Below are positions 30,990-41,008 of a stretch of DNA of 53,617 bases, in pieces. The notes under the pieces are model-generated. The model was not told where the DNA came from. It saw only the letters and a list, made by a program, of their open reading frames with translations, and did not search any database. Every line of letters starts with the position of its first letter. The first letter of the stretch is position 1. This DNA comes from an uncultured Gammaproteobacteria bacterium (GTDB lineage: Bacteria; Patescibacteriota; Microgenomatia; Levybacterales; UBA12049). Made by a program: the position numbers and the translations under genes. The stretch lies in contig CAZFYA010000002.1 of the NCBI GenBank assembly GCA_964523705.1, positions 113,114-166,730 on the forward strand. The letters run 5' to 3'.

Positions 30990-31910
30990 TTAATTTTCCA
31001 GTATTTTATTACCATATGTTTTTGCAACTGCTGGAATTCTGTCTTTTGTCATTCGATAAATTAAACTTATAACTGCTGCCGGAAAAAGAAGAAGAGCAAC
31101 AATCGCTAAAATAGAGCTGGCAAATTCTTTCCTTTTATCCTCCGGTCTCATATGTAAAACCTTATTTATCTTGCCAAACCTGACATCACTTGCCGATTTT
31201 GTAAATGGTTTTTTAAACATATATGTCCAGAAATAATTTAGCGTATACCTAAAAGAGGTCGTAATTGGTCCTTCTTTAGCAAGTCTTCTTCCCGAAGCAT
31301 AAATTGGTAAATTAAAAGTCCATTTCACTGCTCCTTGTTTAAAAAGTCTTCTTGAAACATCGGCATCCTCTCCATAAAAGTCGTATTCCTCATTAAATCC
31401 GCCTGCCTTTTCAAAAGCTTTTCTTTTAAAAACGTAATTCCCTCCCTGCAGAACCGAACCTTTTCTTAAAATAAAACTGTTAATTAAGTAAATTGCGTAA
31501 GTATAATAATAAAAAGTTCTAACAATTAAAGACATCGTTAACGATACATCGTAATAAATAAAGGGGCCTGAAAGACCAACTAGTTTTTTATCTTTTAAGA
31601 ATTCACCAAAAACTCTTTCTATCCAACCCTTAGTTAATCTGGTATCAGAGTCTACATTTGCAATTAAATCTCCTTTTGCCACTTTAAAACCTGCTGTTCT
31701 TGCCCTAACTAAGCCTTTTTTTGGCTCATCAATTACTTTTACTCCCTTAAAAGATAAGGCTACTTTTTTGGTGTTGTCTGTACTTGCGTTATTTACAACA
31801 ATAACTTCAACGTCGTATTTTTTCCCTTTTAATTCTCTAAAAACTGATTCAAGACATTTACCAATGTATGCCTCTTCGTTATACGCCGGGATTACAAAAC
31901 TTAACTTCAT
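30990..31910 (-). CDS. Glycosyltransferase family 2
   Basis: VIPAYNEE, NNASTD, DSD, GEDAD, SGRR; C-terminal TM. Confidence 0.9.
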   Translation of the reverse strand: MKLSFVIPAYNEEAYIGKCLESVFRELKGKKYDVEVIVVNNASTDNTKKVALSFKGVKVIDEPKKGLVRARTAGFKVAKGDLIANVDSDTRLTKGWIERVFGEFLKDKKLVGLSGPFIYYDVSLTMSLIVRTFYYYTYAIYLINSFILRKGSVLQGGNYVFKRKAFEKAGGFNEEYDFYGEDADVSRRLFKQGAVKWTFNLPIYASGRRLAKEGPITTSFRYTLNYFWTYMFKKPFTKSASDVRFGKINKVLHMRPEDKRKEFASSILAIVALLLFPAAVISLIYRMTKDRIPAVAKTYGNKILEN

Positions 31911-31952
31911 TACTTAATTGTATTATATCGAAAAAGGCGGCTAAAACAACTA

Positions 31953-33149
31953 TTATTTGCGTGAGCTATATCTTTCAATCGTATCCATGTAGATTTTTTC
32001 CCACTCTTTAGCAATATTAAGTGGTGAAAATTTTTCGACAAATACTCTTCCGCCCTCCCCCAATTTTTGAGACACTTTTTGGTTTTGATAAAGATAAAGT
32101 ATTTTTTCAGAAAGTTCATTACTGTTATTTGGCTCAACAAGAAGACCGTTGTCTTTGTTTACGTACTCTGCCAACCCCCAAGCCCTTGCTGCAATTACAG
32201 GAACCTTACAGGCCATTGCCTGCATCATTACAATGCTTTGAGTTTCAGCAACACTTGGTATGACAAACAAATCAGAACCATTATACAAATCCACAATATC
32301 ATCAATATTTTTAAAATAGCCAAAAAACTTAACATGTTTTTCAATTCCTAAGCTCTTAGCTAAGGCTTTAAGTTCATCCACTTGTGATCCTGTCCCAGCT
32401 ATAACAAAACCGATTTTAGGGATTTTTTTAACAAGAGCTGATACTGCTTTTAAAGTTACGGCAATTTTTTTCTCTTCAGCCACTCTTCCCATATATAGAA
32501 GTGAATAATCAAAAAGACCAAACTTTTTTTTAAGCGGCCACTTATTTTTTACAGGTTTAAATTTTTCAACGTTTATAGGATTTGATAAAGCTCTATGTTT
32601 TGGTTTTGAAAAACCATATTTTTTTAATTCTTCAAAAATTGCATTACAAGGGGATGAAACAAAATCACATTGATTATAATACCAGGCATCAAATTTTGAA
32701 ACTGTTTTTTGAACAAAATTTCCTTTTATCGGTGAATATTTTAAAAATTCAACCATTGGAGTGTGATCTGTTCCAACTAAGGGTTTTTTTAAAACTTTTG
32801 CACAAAGAAGAGCCTCAATTCCAAGACTAGCTATGTCATTAGTGTGGATTACATCGGGGTTAAATTTTTTAATTGCCCTAATAGTTAAGCCAACTGGCAA
32901 GGTAAACCTACTTTGTTTTGTACCCGTTGGATAAGAAAGAGAGGAAACCCTTATAATCTTAATGTTCTCTCCCAAGTCAAGTTCTTTTTTTTCAGCGCCA
33001 ATGGTTTGATAATTTTTCTTTGAATAATTAAGAGCAACAAAGTTTATTTTATGTCCTAAGCTCGCTAATTTCTTTCCGGTTGTTGTAATTGAATCAGCAA
33101 TTCCGCTTAGTTCAGGATAAAAATTATCAGAAAAAATCGCAATCTTCAT
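31953..33149 (-). CDS. Glycosyltransferase family 4 (diacylglycerol glucosyltransferase-like)
   Basis: MKIAIFSDNFYPELSG, GRVAEEK, PSVAETQSIVMMQAMA. Confidence 0.88.
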   Translation of the reverse strand: MKIAIFSDNFYPELSGIADSITTTGKKLASLGHKINFVALNYSKKNYQTIGAEKKELDLGENIKIIRVSSLSYPTGTKQSRFTLPVGLTIRAIKKFNPDVIHTNDIASLGIEALLCAKVLKKPLVGTDHTPMVEFLKYSPIKGNFVQKTVSKFDAWYYNQCDFVSSPCNAIFEELKKYGFSKPKHRALSNPINVEKFKPVKNKWPLKKKFGLFDYSLLYMGRVAEEKKIAVTLKAVSALVKKIPKIGFVIAGTGSQVDELKALAKSLGIEKHVKFFGYFKNIDDIVDLYNGSDLFVIPSVAETQSIVMMQAMACKVPVIAARAWGLAEYVNKDNGLLVEPNNSNELSEKILYLYQNQKVSQKLGEGGRVFVEKFSPLNIAKEWEKIYMDTIERYSSRK

Positions 33150-33152
33150 CTT

Positions 33153-33776
33153 TTAAGTATTTAAAATATTTTTTTTCTTTAACTTTTTGATAAAAGCAAA
33201 ATATTTCTCCTTATGTCTAGTGTATACACAATAAACCAATAACACAATTAATCCTATTCCAATTATAACAATTCCAAGATAATCAAGATATTTATCAATG
33301 CTTACATATGCCTGACCGAAATAGAAACCAATTGAGAGTAAAATTAAATATTTGGGTATTGTCACAATAAAATTAGACCAAAAAATTTCATAAATCCTAA
33401 CTCTTGCAATTCCGGCTGAAACTAAAATAGGAGCACCAAAAGCATGGGATATCTTACCAAATATAATAGTTTTTTTAGTATGTCTTTGAAAATGACTCTC
33501 AAGTCTTTCAATGGTTTTTTCTTTTAGCCTAAAACATCTCCCATACCTTCGTAAAAACCTCTTTCCTCCCCATCTGCCGATTGAATAATAAAAAATATCA
33601 CCAATTAAATCAGCCAAAACTACAACAGGATAAACAATAAAAATATTTAAAATATTAATTGAGGATAAAAAACCGGCAGTAATTGAGACTACCGGACCTT
33701 CAAGTACAATAAGCGGAAAAAGAACTAAATATCGATAAGCAAGCAACCATTCAACTACTTGTGGAAAATCAAACAT
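33153..33776 (-). CDS. DedA family membrane protein
   Basis: LEGP...AGFL, GDIFYYSIGRWGG, IIFGK. Confidence 0.88.
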   Translation of the reverse strand: MFDFPQVVEWLLAYRYLVLFPLIVLEGPVVSITAGFLSSINILNIFIVYPVVVLADLIGDIFYYSIGRWGGKRFLRRYGRCFRLKEKTIERLESHFQRHTKKTIIFGKISHAFGAPILVSAGIARVRIYEIFWSNFIVTIPKYLILLSIGFYFGQAYVSIDKYLDYLGIVIIGIGLIVLLVYCVYTRHKEKYFAFIKKLKKKNILNT

Positions 33777-33821
33777 AATTATTATTCTATGTTAATTAAT
33801 TTATAATTAAAAGTCTCTCTA

Positions 33822-33875
33822 TAAAAAGGTTAAAGCGATACTTTTATTTAAAAACGAGAGCATCGCTTCAACCTT
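33822..33875 (-). terminator. Long hairpin / intrinsic terminator downstream of the dnaB operon
   Basis: Minus strand AAGGTTGAAGCGATGCT...AGTATCGCTTTAACCTT-TTT; the mismatches form G-U pairs on the minus strand only. Confidence 0.6.
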
Positions 33876-33913
33876 ATGTAAATATTTGTCATACTACCGT
33901 TCTTCAGCTTTTA

Positions 33914-34138
33914 TTATTGCTGAACTGGTGTTTGACCGCCTGCTGGGTTATCCGTAACAGGTGGCTGAGCTGGCTGTTCAGGCGCAGCAGGTCCTCCTGT
34001 TGGCGGAGTTGCCGGAGCTGGTGGTACTGACCCTGGAACACCTGGTGTTGATGCTGGAACGCCCTGATCTGCTGTTGGTTGAGCAGGTGCTGCAGGATCA
34101 ACTGGTGCCTGGGTTGGATTATTTAAATTATCATCCAT
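33914..34138 (-). CDS. Small Pro/Ala/Gln/Thr-rich disordered protein
   Basis: 74 aa low-complexity ORF; AAGGAGGTGA SD embedded in the dnaB 3' end. Confidence 0.7.
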   Translation of the reverse strand: MDDNLNNPTQAPVDPAAPAQPTADQGVPASTPGVPGSVPPAPATPPTGGPAAPEQPAQPPVTDNPAGGQTPVQQ

Positions 34139-34143
34139 TTACT

Positions 34144-35472
34144 CTATTCACCTCCTTCCATTTTTTTCTCTGTATTATAAAATTTTATCCTATCTCCACG
34201 AAAAAGTAAATCTACTTCTCCAACCGGTCCATTTCTATGTTTTGCAATTAGTAATTTTGTTGGAATAATGTTTGAAGTAACATCCGGATCAGCTCTATAT
34301 AAAAACATTACCACATCAGCATCCTGCTCTATTGCACCTGATTCTCTTAAGTCAGCCAGTTGCGGCTTTCTCTCTCCCCTGTGTTCAACAGCCCTTGATA
34401 ACTGTGATACTGCCAAAACCGGAATTTTTAATTCCCTGGCTAAATTTTTAAGTGCTTGAGAAATAATTGACACTTCTTGAACACGGTTATCATATCTTCT
34501 TCCAGGATCTGCTAATTGTAAATAATCAACGATTAAAAGTCCTATATCATGCTCTAACTGAAGTCTTCTTGCTTTGCTTCTCATTTCAGATACTGAAGCT
34601 CCGGGAGTATCATCAATATAGATTGGAGCATCTGCTAATTCCCCCATTGCCTGAGAAAGCTTGGTAAAATCAGTCTCAGACAATTTTCCTGTTTTTAATC
34701 TCCAAGCATCTACATCTGCCTGCCCCACTAAAAGCCTATCCACTAATTCTTCCTGACTCATTTCAAGTGAAAACACTCCAACCGGTTTTTTCTCAACCGT
34801 TGAAATATATTGAGCAATATTAACCACCATTGCAGTTTTACCCTGTCCTGGACGGGCTGCTAAAATTATCAAATTTGAATCCTGCATTCCGGATAAAAGA
34901 TTATCAACATCAATAAATCCGGTTCTAACTCCTCTTAAACCTGCTCCTTTTTTATGAAGCTCATCAATTCTGTCAAAACTTCCGGCTAATGCATCTTTAA
35001 TTTGAATAAAACTCTTTAAAGTATGACCCTTAGAAATAGAAAAAATTGATGATTCTGCCTCATTTAAAACATCTGCTGCCTCCTTTTCTTCCATAAAACC
35101 CATTTCAGCGATATGTGTTCCGATTTGAATTAAAGAACGTTTAGTTGATGTTTCCTTAAGAAGCATTGCATAATGTTCAATATTTGCTGCTGTTGGAACA
35201 GCATTTACTAATTCTGTTAAATAAGCAGTGTCTATTTTATCAGCAAGCTTATTTTTCTTAAGCTTTGAGGTTAAAGTTAAAATATCTATTGGTTTTCTTT
35301 CCTCATATAAAGAAAGCATGGCTGCGTAAATAATACTATTGATATCACTGTAGAAGTCTTTAGGAGCAATAATCTGCGAAACTATACCTATTGCATCTTT
35401 ATCAATTAGAATTCCTCCTAAAACACTTTGCTCTGCTTCATCGTTATGTGGCTGGATTTTTACATTTGCCAT
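34144..35472 (-). CDS. dnaB: Replicative DNA helicase
   Basis: EAEQSVLG, AARPGQGKT, FSLEMS, VDYLQL, SQLSR, DLRESGAIEQDAD; no intein. Confidence 0.97.
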   Translation of the reverse strand: MANVKIQPHNDEAEQSVLGGILIDKDAIGIVSQIIAPKDFYSDINSIIYAAMLSLYEERKPIDILTLTSKLKKNKLADKIDTAYLTELVNAVPTAANIEHYAMLLKETSTKRSLIQIGTHIAEMGFMEEKEAADVLNEAESSIFSISKGHTLKSFIQIKDALAGSFDRIDELHKKGAGLRGVRTGFIDVDNLLSGMQDSNLIILAARPGQGKTAMVVNIAQYISTVEKKPVGVFSLEMSQEELVDRLLVGQADVDAWRLKTGKLSETDFTKLSQAMGELADAPIYIDDTPGASVSEMRSKARRLQLEHDIGLLIVDYLQLADPGRRYDNRVQEVSIISQALKNLARELKIPVLAVSQLSRAVEHRGERKPQLADLRESGAIEQDADVVMFLYRADPDVTSNIIPTKLLIAKHRNGPVGEVDLLFRGDRIKFYNTEKKMEGGE

Positions 35473-35560
35473 GGTCAAATAATAATACTATTAATTAATT
35501 AAATTTCAACTGGTACAAATTGTCTCAAATTAGTTAATAAGAAAATCAATTCTATTGAAG

Positions 35561-36094
35561 TTAACCTAAAACAACCAATTCTATTTCTTCTTGGGTCTTT
35601 TCCTCATTAATACTTACTTTTTGTGAGTGTTCTGTCTTTTTTTCCAATAATTCCTTACTAAGCGAGGGCAGTTCTTCTTTTGCCTTATCTCCGTAAAGCA
35701 CAAGTGAGCTTGGTTCAATTGTGGTTATTATTGACGGATTAATCTTTGAATCAACATTTAAAATTGCAACATTATGCTCACCTATTTTATCAAGCATTTT
35801 CTCAAGGCTTTTAACACTACCGATAATTACTGAAGCTTGAGTTGTAATAAAGCTATAACAAAGACTTTCACCAAATTTAGTGCCAATTACCTTTACCCCT
35901 CCGACTTCATACTCCCCTGGTCCTTTTATTAACACCCTGTAATCAGTGACCCTTGTTAAGTCTGCGTTTTCAATATCAAAAGTAATTACACAGTCAGCAT
36001 TTGTTTTTGCCATTTTTTGCTTAGGGTCAATTACAAAATTTACTTTTTTTATTTTTATCTTTATTGTTTTTTTGTCTAAAAGAGTTATATCCAT
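35561..36094 (-). CDS. Degenerate MBL-fold (Lactamase_B_3-like) protein
   Basis: FVIDP, ADCVIT, IKGPGEYEVGGV; metal-binding His residues absent. Confidence 0.6.
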   Translation of the reverse strand: MDITLLDKKTIKIKIKKVNFVIDPKQKMAKTNADCVITFDIENADLTRVTDYRVLIKGPGEYEVGGVKVIGTKFGESLCYSFITTQASVIIGSVKSLEKMLDKIGEHNVAILNVDSKINPSIITTIEPSSLVLYGDKAKEELPSLSKELLEKKTEHSQKVSINEEKTQEEIELVVLG

Positions 36095-36167
36095 TTTTTA
36101 AAATCCTATCACATTTTGATTTTCTTGACAAGAAAATCTTTTTACGCTATTATCATCTCTCCCGTTT

Positions 36168-36593
36168 ATGAAGAAGGAGAAAATAATTTTATCATTTATT
36201 GCGGTTGCTGTGGGGCTCTTAATTGCAGGTGCAGCCTATTATTTTTATCAAACCTCAAAAACACTCTCAACTAAAGATCAACAAACTGTTGGTATTAAAA
36301 AACCAAGTCCAACACCAAAGAAGACTATTTTTCTTTCTATAACAGAACCTAAAGATGAGGAAGTTTTTGATAAAAAAGTAATTACAGTTGCCGGTAAGAC
36401 ACCAAGTGATGCAACCATTATTATTTTAACCGAAAACGACCAGCAGGTTATAAAGCCAACTGCAAATGGGAATTTTTCAACAACCGTAAATATTGAAGAT
36501 GGACAAAACATTATAAAAATAACAGCAGTTTCACCAACAGGAGAACAAGAAACACAAGAAAAAGTAGTTACATTCTCTACTGAAGAATTTTAA
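36168..36593 (+). CDS. Membrane-anchored Ig-like domain protein
   Basis: TM, PSPTP linker, ITVAGKT...GNFSTTV...GQNIIKITA. Confidence 0.7.
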   Translation: MKKEKIILSFIAVAVGLLIAGAAYYFYQTSKTLSTKDQQTVGIKKPSPTPKKTIFLSITEPKDEEVFDKKVITVAGKTPSDATIIILTENDQQVIKPTANGNFSTTVNIEDGQNIIKITAVSPTGEQETQEKVVTFSTEEF

Positions 36594-36595
36594 TT

Positions 36596-37381
36596 ATGAA
36601 AAAAATATTATTTTTATTTTTATTGCTTTTTACATTTTTAATTCTTACATCAAGATTAAGTTTTGCTGCCTCGCCAACACCCAGCGATGATACCCCAACC
36701 CCTACTGATGCCGAACAGGAACAATTAGACGAACTTAAAGAGAAAATAGCTTCAAAAGTTGCACAATTAAAATTAACTGAAAAACGCGGAATAATTGGAA
36801 CGGTTTTAGAAAACTCAAATACCCAAATAACTGTAATTGATTATCAAGATAACCAAAGATTTGTTGACGTTGATGAACTTAGCAGATTTTCTTCACCTAA
36901 GGACGACAATTTTGGAGTATCAGATATCAAAGAAGGTGATGTACTTGGAATTTTAGGAATATATAATAAGCAATCAAGAAGAATTTTAGCCAGGGAGATA
37001 AACGTAATTACTTCTCCAAAATTTATAAACGGAGTTGTTTTAGCTATTAACGATGATGATTATTATCTAACCATAGTCACAAATTCACAAAAAAAAGTAA
37101 TTGTGGATGTGGAAAACATTACTAAAACTTTTTCCTACGATAAGGAATCAGGACTTTTAAAATCAGGGTTTTCAAAAATTGAAGAAGATGTAAATATCTT
37201 ACTGGTTGGATATGAAAGTAAAACAGATAAAGATAGAATTACTGCAACAAGAATTATTCTTCTCCCCCAGTTTCCTAAAAACCCAAAAATTACAATTGCT
37301 CCGCAAGCTTTAGAAAAAAACGCAGAGATTACACCCTCAACCGGCAGTGGTAAAAAATTAACCCCGATTACAAGCGATTAA
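36596..37381 (+). CDS. Secreted protein with two OB-like (DUF5666-like) repeats
   Basis: Signal peptide, PTP linker, repeated G-x-V...SDIKEGD / SKIEED units. Confidence 0.55.
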   Translation: MKKILFLFLLLFTFLILTSRLSFAASPTPSDDTPTPTDAEQEQLDELKEKIASKVAQLKLTEKRGIIGTVLENSNTQITVIDYQDNQRFVDVDELSRFSSPKDDNFGVSDIKEGDVLGILGIYNKQSRRILAREINVITSPKFINGVVLAINDDDYYLTIVTNSQKKVIVDVENITKTFSYDKESGLLKSGFSKIEEDVNILLVGYESKTDKDRITATRIILLPQFPKNPKITIAPQALEKNAEITPSTGSGKKLTPITSD

Positions 37382-37439
37382 ACACAAGCTGTTGTATTTT
37401 TAATTTTTGAGCTATAATAAAATTATCTAGGATTTTATT

Positions 37440-38456
37440 ATGTTTAAGGAAATAAAAAAAGAATTATCATCAATTAAGCTTTTATCTATTCTTTTAACCC
37501 TTGCTTTAATTTTTTATATTTTTGGCCTTGGCTGGAACATATTTTGCAGTTTTTCAGACGTTATAGCTATTCTTCTTTTATCCTGGCTTTTAAGCTTTAT
37601 TCTAGAACCAATGGTTCATAAAGCTTCAAGAATTACCCATCTTCCTTTAGCAATTTCAACCTTAATCATTTATCTTTTAATATTAATTGCTCTTGGACTA
37701 ATAATTTTTCTATTCATTCCAATTGTCTTTCGTCAATTTGAGGTTTTATCCATAGTTATTCCAAACTTTCTTGAAACTGCACCTCTGTATGTTCAGAAAT
37801 GGAATGAAAATTTTCTAAACTCTTTATATGATTACACAGTTTTTATTCCTTCAATTGCCGGTTTTCTGTTTTCTCTTCTTTTAATTTTTATTATTTCCTT
37901 TTATTTCATTGTTGATAAAAGACGTATCTCACGTGAATTTTACGAACTAGTTCCTGAAAAATGGCACAGTGACATAATTTTTGTTAGAAAAATTGTCAAT
38001 GAAACCTTCTCATCTTTTATTCAGGTTCAGCTTTTATTTGGAATTATAAACGGATTTGCAACTTGGCTGGTTTTAAGACTTTTTGGAATAGATTTTGCTG
38101 CTTCAATCGGGCTTTTATCAGGAGTTCTTAGTGCAATTCCGGTTGTTGGACCAATTTTTGCAATTATTCCACCTATAATTGTAGGATTAATCCAAGATCC
38201 TATAAAAACCATTGCCATTTTCATAATCCTTCTTGTCTTGCAGCAATTTATCTTTAATATTTGGGGACCAAAGTTTTTGGGCAAAACCTTTAAAATTCAT
38301 CCAATTATCGTATTTCTCTCCTTTTTAGTTGGCTTTAAGGTTGCGGGAATAATCGGAGCAATTTTTGCAATACCGGTTATCAGCATAATAAGCCTTATCA
38401 TAAGAGAACTTAGCCACTACTACAGACTTCCTAGGGAAAACCGCCATCAGGCATAA
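37440..38456 (+). CDS. AI-2E family transporter (PerM-like)
   Basis: LSFILEP, IPVVGP, QQ...GP, IHP, GAIFAIP. Confidence 0.9.
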   Translation: MFKEIKKELSSIKLLSILLTLALIFYIFGLGWNIFCSFSDVIAILLLSWLLSFILEPMVHKASRITHLPLAISTLIIYLLILIALGLIIFLFIPIVFRQFEVLSIVIPNFLETAPLYVQKWNENFLNSLYDYTVFIPSIAGFLFSLLLIFIISFYFIVDKRRISREFYELVPEKWHSDIIFVRKIVNETFSSFIQVQLLFGIINGFATWLVLRLFGIDFAASIGLLSGVLSAIPVVGPIFAIIPPIIVGLIQDPIKTIAIFIILLVLQQFIFNIWGPKFLGKTFKIHPIIVFLSFLVGFKVAGIIGAIFAIPVISIISLIIRELSHYYRLPRENRHQA

Positions 38457-38479
38457 ATTTGTGGTATCATATACATATT

Positions 38480-39652
38480 ATGATTGAGCCCAAAACCCTT
38501 AAGGGTTTTCGAGATTTCTTACCACAAGATGTAAGAAAAAGACAATTTGTTTTAAACACCTTAAAAGAGGTTTTTTTATCCTATGGTTTTAAACCACTTG
38601 AGACTCCAAGTCTTGAATATGAAGAGGTATTAACTGGAAAATATGGCGATGAGGGAGATAAATTAATGTATAGATTTGAAGATAACGGAGGAAGAAGAGT
38701 TGCTTTAAGATATGACCAAACAGTTCCCCTAGCAAGAGTAATTGCAAAATACCAAAATGAAATAAAACTTCCTTTTAAGCGTTATCAGATTCAAAATGTC
38801 TTTAGAGCTGAAAATACCCAAAAAGGAAGATACAGAGAATTTTTACAAGTAGATGCCGATATTATCGGCTCCTCTTCTCTACTTTCTGATACTGAAATAA
38901 TTGAAATAACAATAAAATGCTTAAATGAATTAGGATTTAAAAACTTTAAAGTTTTAATAAACGATAGAGAAAATTTTATTTCGTTTTCAGCTGATACTAT
39001 ACGAGCTCTGGATAAAATCGATAAAATTGATGAAGCCGGGGTAATAAGCATTTTAATGGAAAAAAATAACTGGGATGTTGAAGAAGCAAATAAATTTTTA
39101 GAAGACACAAAAAAACTAAAACCCAATAAAACACTGCAAGAAATTATAAATAAGTTCGATGAAGTAATCTTTAAACCAACTCTAGCAAGAGGATTAGATT
39201 ATTATACAGGCATGATTTTTGAAACAAAGATTGAAGGATATGATGCAGGCTCAATTGCCGGAGGAGGAAGATACGATAATTTAATCGGTATGTTTACCAA
39301 TAAAAAAATTCCAGCTGTTGGTTTTTCTTTTGGCTTTGATAGATTAATTGAGGCAATGGAAAAATTGGATCTTTTTCCAAAAGATTTACAAACTACTAAG
39401 GTTCTAGTTACTCTCCCCTCTTTGAAAAAGGAAAATAAATCTTTAGAAATTGCTGAAAAATTAAGAAATAAAAATATTAATACCGAAATTTATTTAGGAG
39501 ATAATTTGGATTTAGAAAAACAATTAAAATATGCCGATAATAAAGAAATACCCTATGTTGTAATAGTTAACAATAAATTAATTTTAAAAGATATGCGAAG
39601 AAGAACACAAGAAGAACTTAACTTCTTAGAAATTGTTGATAAATTAGGCTAA
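38480..39652 (+). CDS. hisS: Histidine--tRNA ligase
   Basis: KGFRDF, LRYDQTVP, GRYREFLQ, RGLDYYTG, GGGRYD. Confidence 0.96.
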   Translation: MIEPKTLKGFRDFLPQDVRKRQFVLNTLKEVFLSYGFKPLETPSLEYEEVLTGKYGDEGDKLMYRFEDNGGRRVALRYDQTVPLARVIAKYQNEIKLPFKRYQIQNVFRAENTQKGRYREFLQVDADIIGSSSLLSDTEIIEITIKCLNELGFKNFKVLINDRENFISFSADTIRALDKIDKIDEAGVISILMEKNNWDVEEANKFLEDTKKLKPNKTLQEIINKFDEVIFKPTLARGLDYYTGMIFETKIEGYDAGSIAGGGRYDNLIGMFTNKKIPAVGFSFGFDRLIEAMEKLDLFPKDLQTTKVLVTLPSLKKENKSLEIAEKLRNKNINTEIYLGDNLDLEKQLKYADNKEIPYVVIVNNKLILKDMRRRTQEELNFLEIVDKLG

Positions 39653-39656
39653 AGTA

Positions 39657-39685
39657 TTGATTTATCTTAAGTATTTGTTTACCAT
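39657..39685 (+). promoter_or_regulatory. Leaderless promoter of the EamA gene
   Basis: TTGATT-17bp-TACCAT, 6 nt before ATG 39692. Confidence 0.5.
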
Positions 39686-39691
39686 TAATTA

Positions 39692-40642
39692 ATGCCCTTT
39701 AATTTTTTAACCTCAGTAAGCAAAAGGAGATTGGCGATATATTTTTTAATTTTAGCTAACACCTTTTGGGGAGCAGCTCCCCCAATTTTTAAATGGGCAT
39801 TAGAAAATATTGATGTAGCCAGTTTTGCATTTTTAAGATTTGCTATTGCTGCTATTTTAGTTTTTCCATTTGCCATAAAAAAACTCAAGGTTGAATTAAG
39901 AGATATACCAAAACTTATTTTATTTGCTTTTTTGGGAATTAGCATTAATATTACTTTTTTTCTTTTTGGACTAGAATTTGCCCCTAGTATTAATGCTTCA
40001 ATAATTGCCAGCGCCGGGCCAATATTTCTTATTCCTGTAGCATTTTTCTTATTAAAAGAAAAACCAAAAAGAAAAATAATATCCGGTATTATTCTTAGCT
40101 TAGTAGGAGTAATTATTATTCTTATAAAACCATTTATTAATAACGGTGTTGATAATAGCCTTGTTTTTTTGGGTAATTTATTTTTCTTTATAGCAATGCT
40201 TGGCATGGTCGGACATACTGTTATAGGAAGAAAAATGATGAAAAAATACGACCCTGCAACAATTTCTTTTTGGTCTTTTTTAATAGGTAGTATTACATTT
40301 CTTCCTCAATTTACCTATTCTGTTTCGCAAAAAGGATTTTTGCCAAATATCGGTTACCAGGGTATTATCGGCCTAACATATGGAATTATATTCTGTTCCC
40401 TTGTTGCTTACTTTTTTTATTTTTATGCATTAAAACATATTGATGCTTGTGAAGCCGGTATGTTTGTTTATCTTGATCCGGTTGTTTCAGTTATAATTGC
40501 AATGCCACTACTTAAAGAATATCCCGATACTTATTACTTTCTAGGCGCTGTTCTGGTTTTTGCGGGAATATATTTTGCGGAAAATAGAATTAACTACCAT
40601 CCATTTAAACTTTTAAGAAAAATAACCCCTTTGAATTTATAA
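39692..40642 (+). CDS. DMT/EamA family transporter
   Basis: FWG, FLRF, LLKEK; two 5-TM repeats. Confidence 0.9.
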   Translation: MPFNFLTSVSKRRLAIYFLILANTFWGAAPPIFKWALENIDVASFAFLRFAIAAILVFPFAIKKLKVELRDIPKLILFAFLGISINITFFLFGLEFAPSINASIIASAGPIFLIPVAFFLLKEKPKRKIISGIILSLVGVIIILIKPFINNGVDNSLVFLGNLFFFIAMLGMVGHTVIGRKMMKKYDPATISFWSFLIGSITFLPQFTYSVSQKGFLPNIGYQGIIGLTYGIIFCSLVAYFFYFYALKHIDACEAGMFVYLDPVVSVIIAMPLLKEYPDTYYFLGAVLVFAGIYFAENRINYHPFKLLRKITPLNL

Positions 40643-40685
40643 ATTCTTGTTTTATAGGTTAATTTAATGTATAATTTAACATTGT

Positions 40686-40985
40686 ATGAAACAAGCAGCA
40701 CATCCTAAATATTTTGACAAGGCACAAGTTATTTGTGTCTGCGGAAACAGATTTACAACCGGCTCAACAGAGGAAGAGATTCACGTGGAATTATGTGATA
40801 AATGTCATCCCTTTTATACCGGTGAGCAAAGATTTGTAGACCGTGCATCAAGAATTGAGAAGTTTAACAAGAAAAAAGAAGTTGCTCAAAAACATCAGGA
40901 AGTAAAAACAAAAAAACAAGAAGCAAGAAAACAAAAAGATGATGCCCCAAAAACTCTTCGAGAAATGCTAATGGGATTAAATTAG
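40686..40985 (+). CDS. rpmE: 50S ribosomal protein L31 (Zn-binding type, C-terminal extension)
   Basis: [18 protein letters not shown]. Confidence 0.95.
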   Translation: MKQAAHPKYFDKAQVICVCGNRFTTGSTEEEIHVELCDKCHPFYTGEQRFVDRASRIEKFNKKKEVAQKHQEVKTKKQEARKQKDDAPKTLREMLMGLN

Positions 40986-41008
40986 CAAAATTAAATTATT
41001 CCCCAAAT

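Noticed and set aside
30904-33900. tRNA-integrated genomic island
   Set aside because: No duplicated tRNA 3' end, integrase or compositional shift was seen.
33904-34209. Alternative ORFs 33904-34101 (-) and 33961-34209 (+)
   Set aside because: By-products of the GC-rich low-complexity patch; only 33914-34138 has an ATG with a strong SD.
39685-40206. 173-aa antisense ORF and other short shadow ORFs (e.g. 6572-6946, 17328-17684, 42933-43289, 50043-50432)
   Set aside because: They lie antisense to, or overlap, well-supported genes and show no independent motifs or expression signals.
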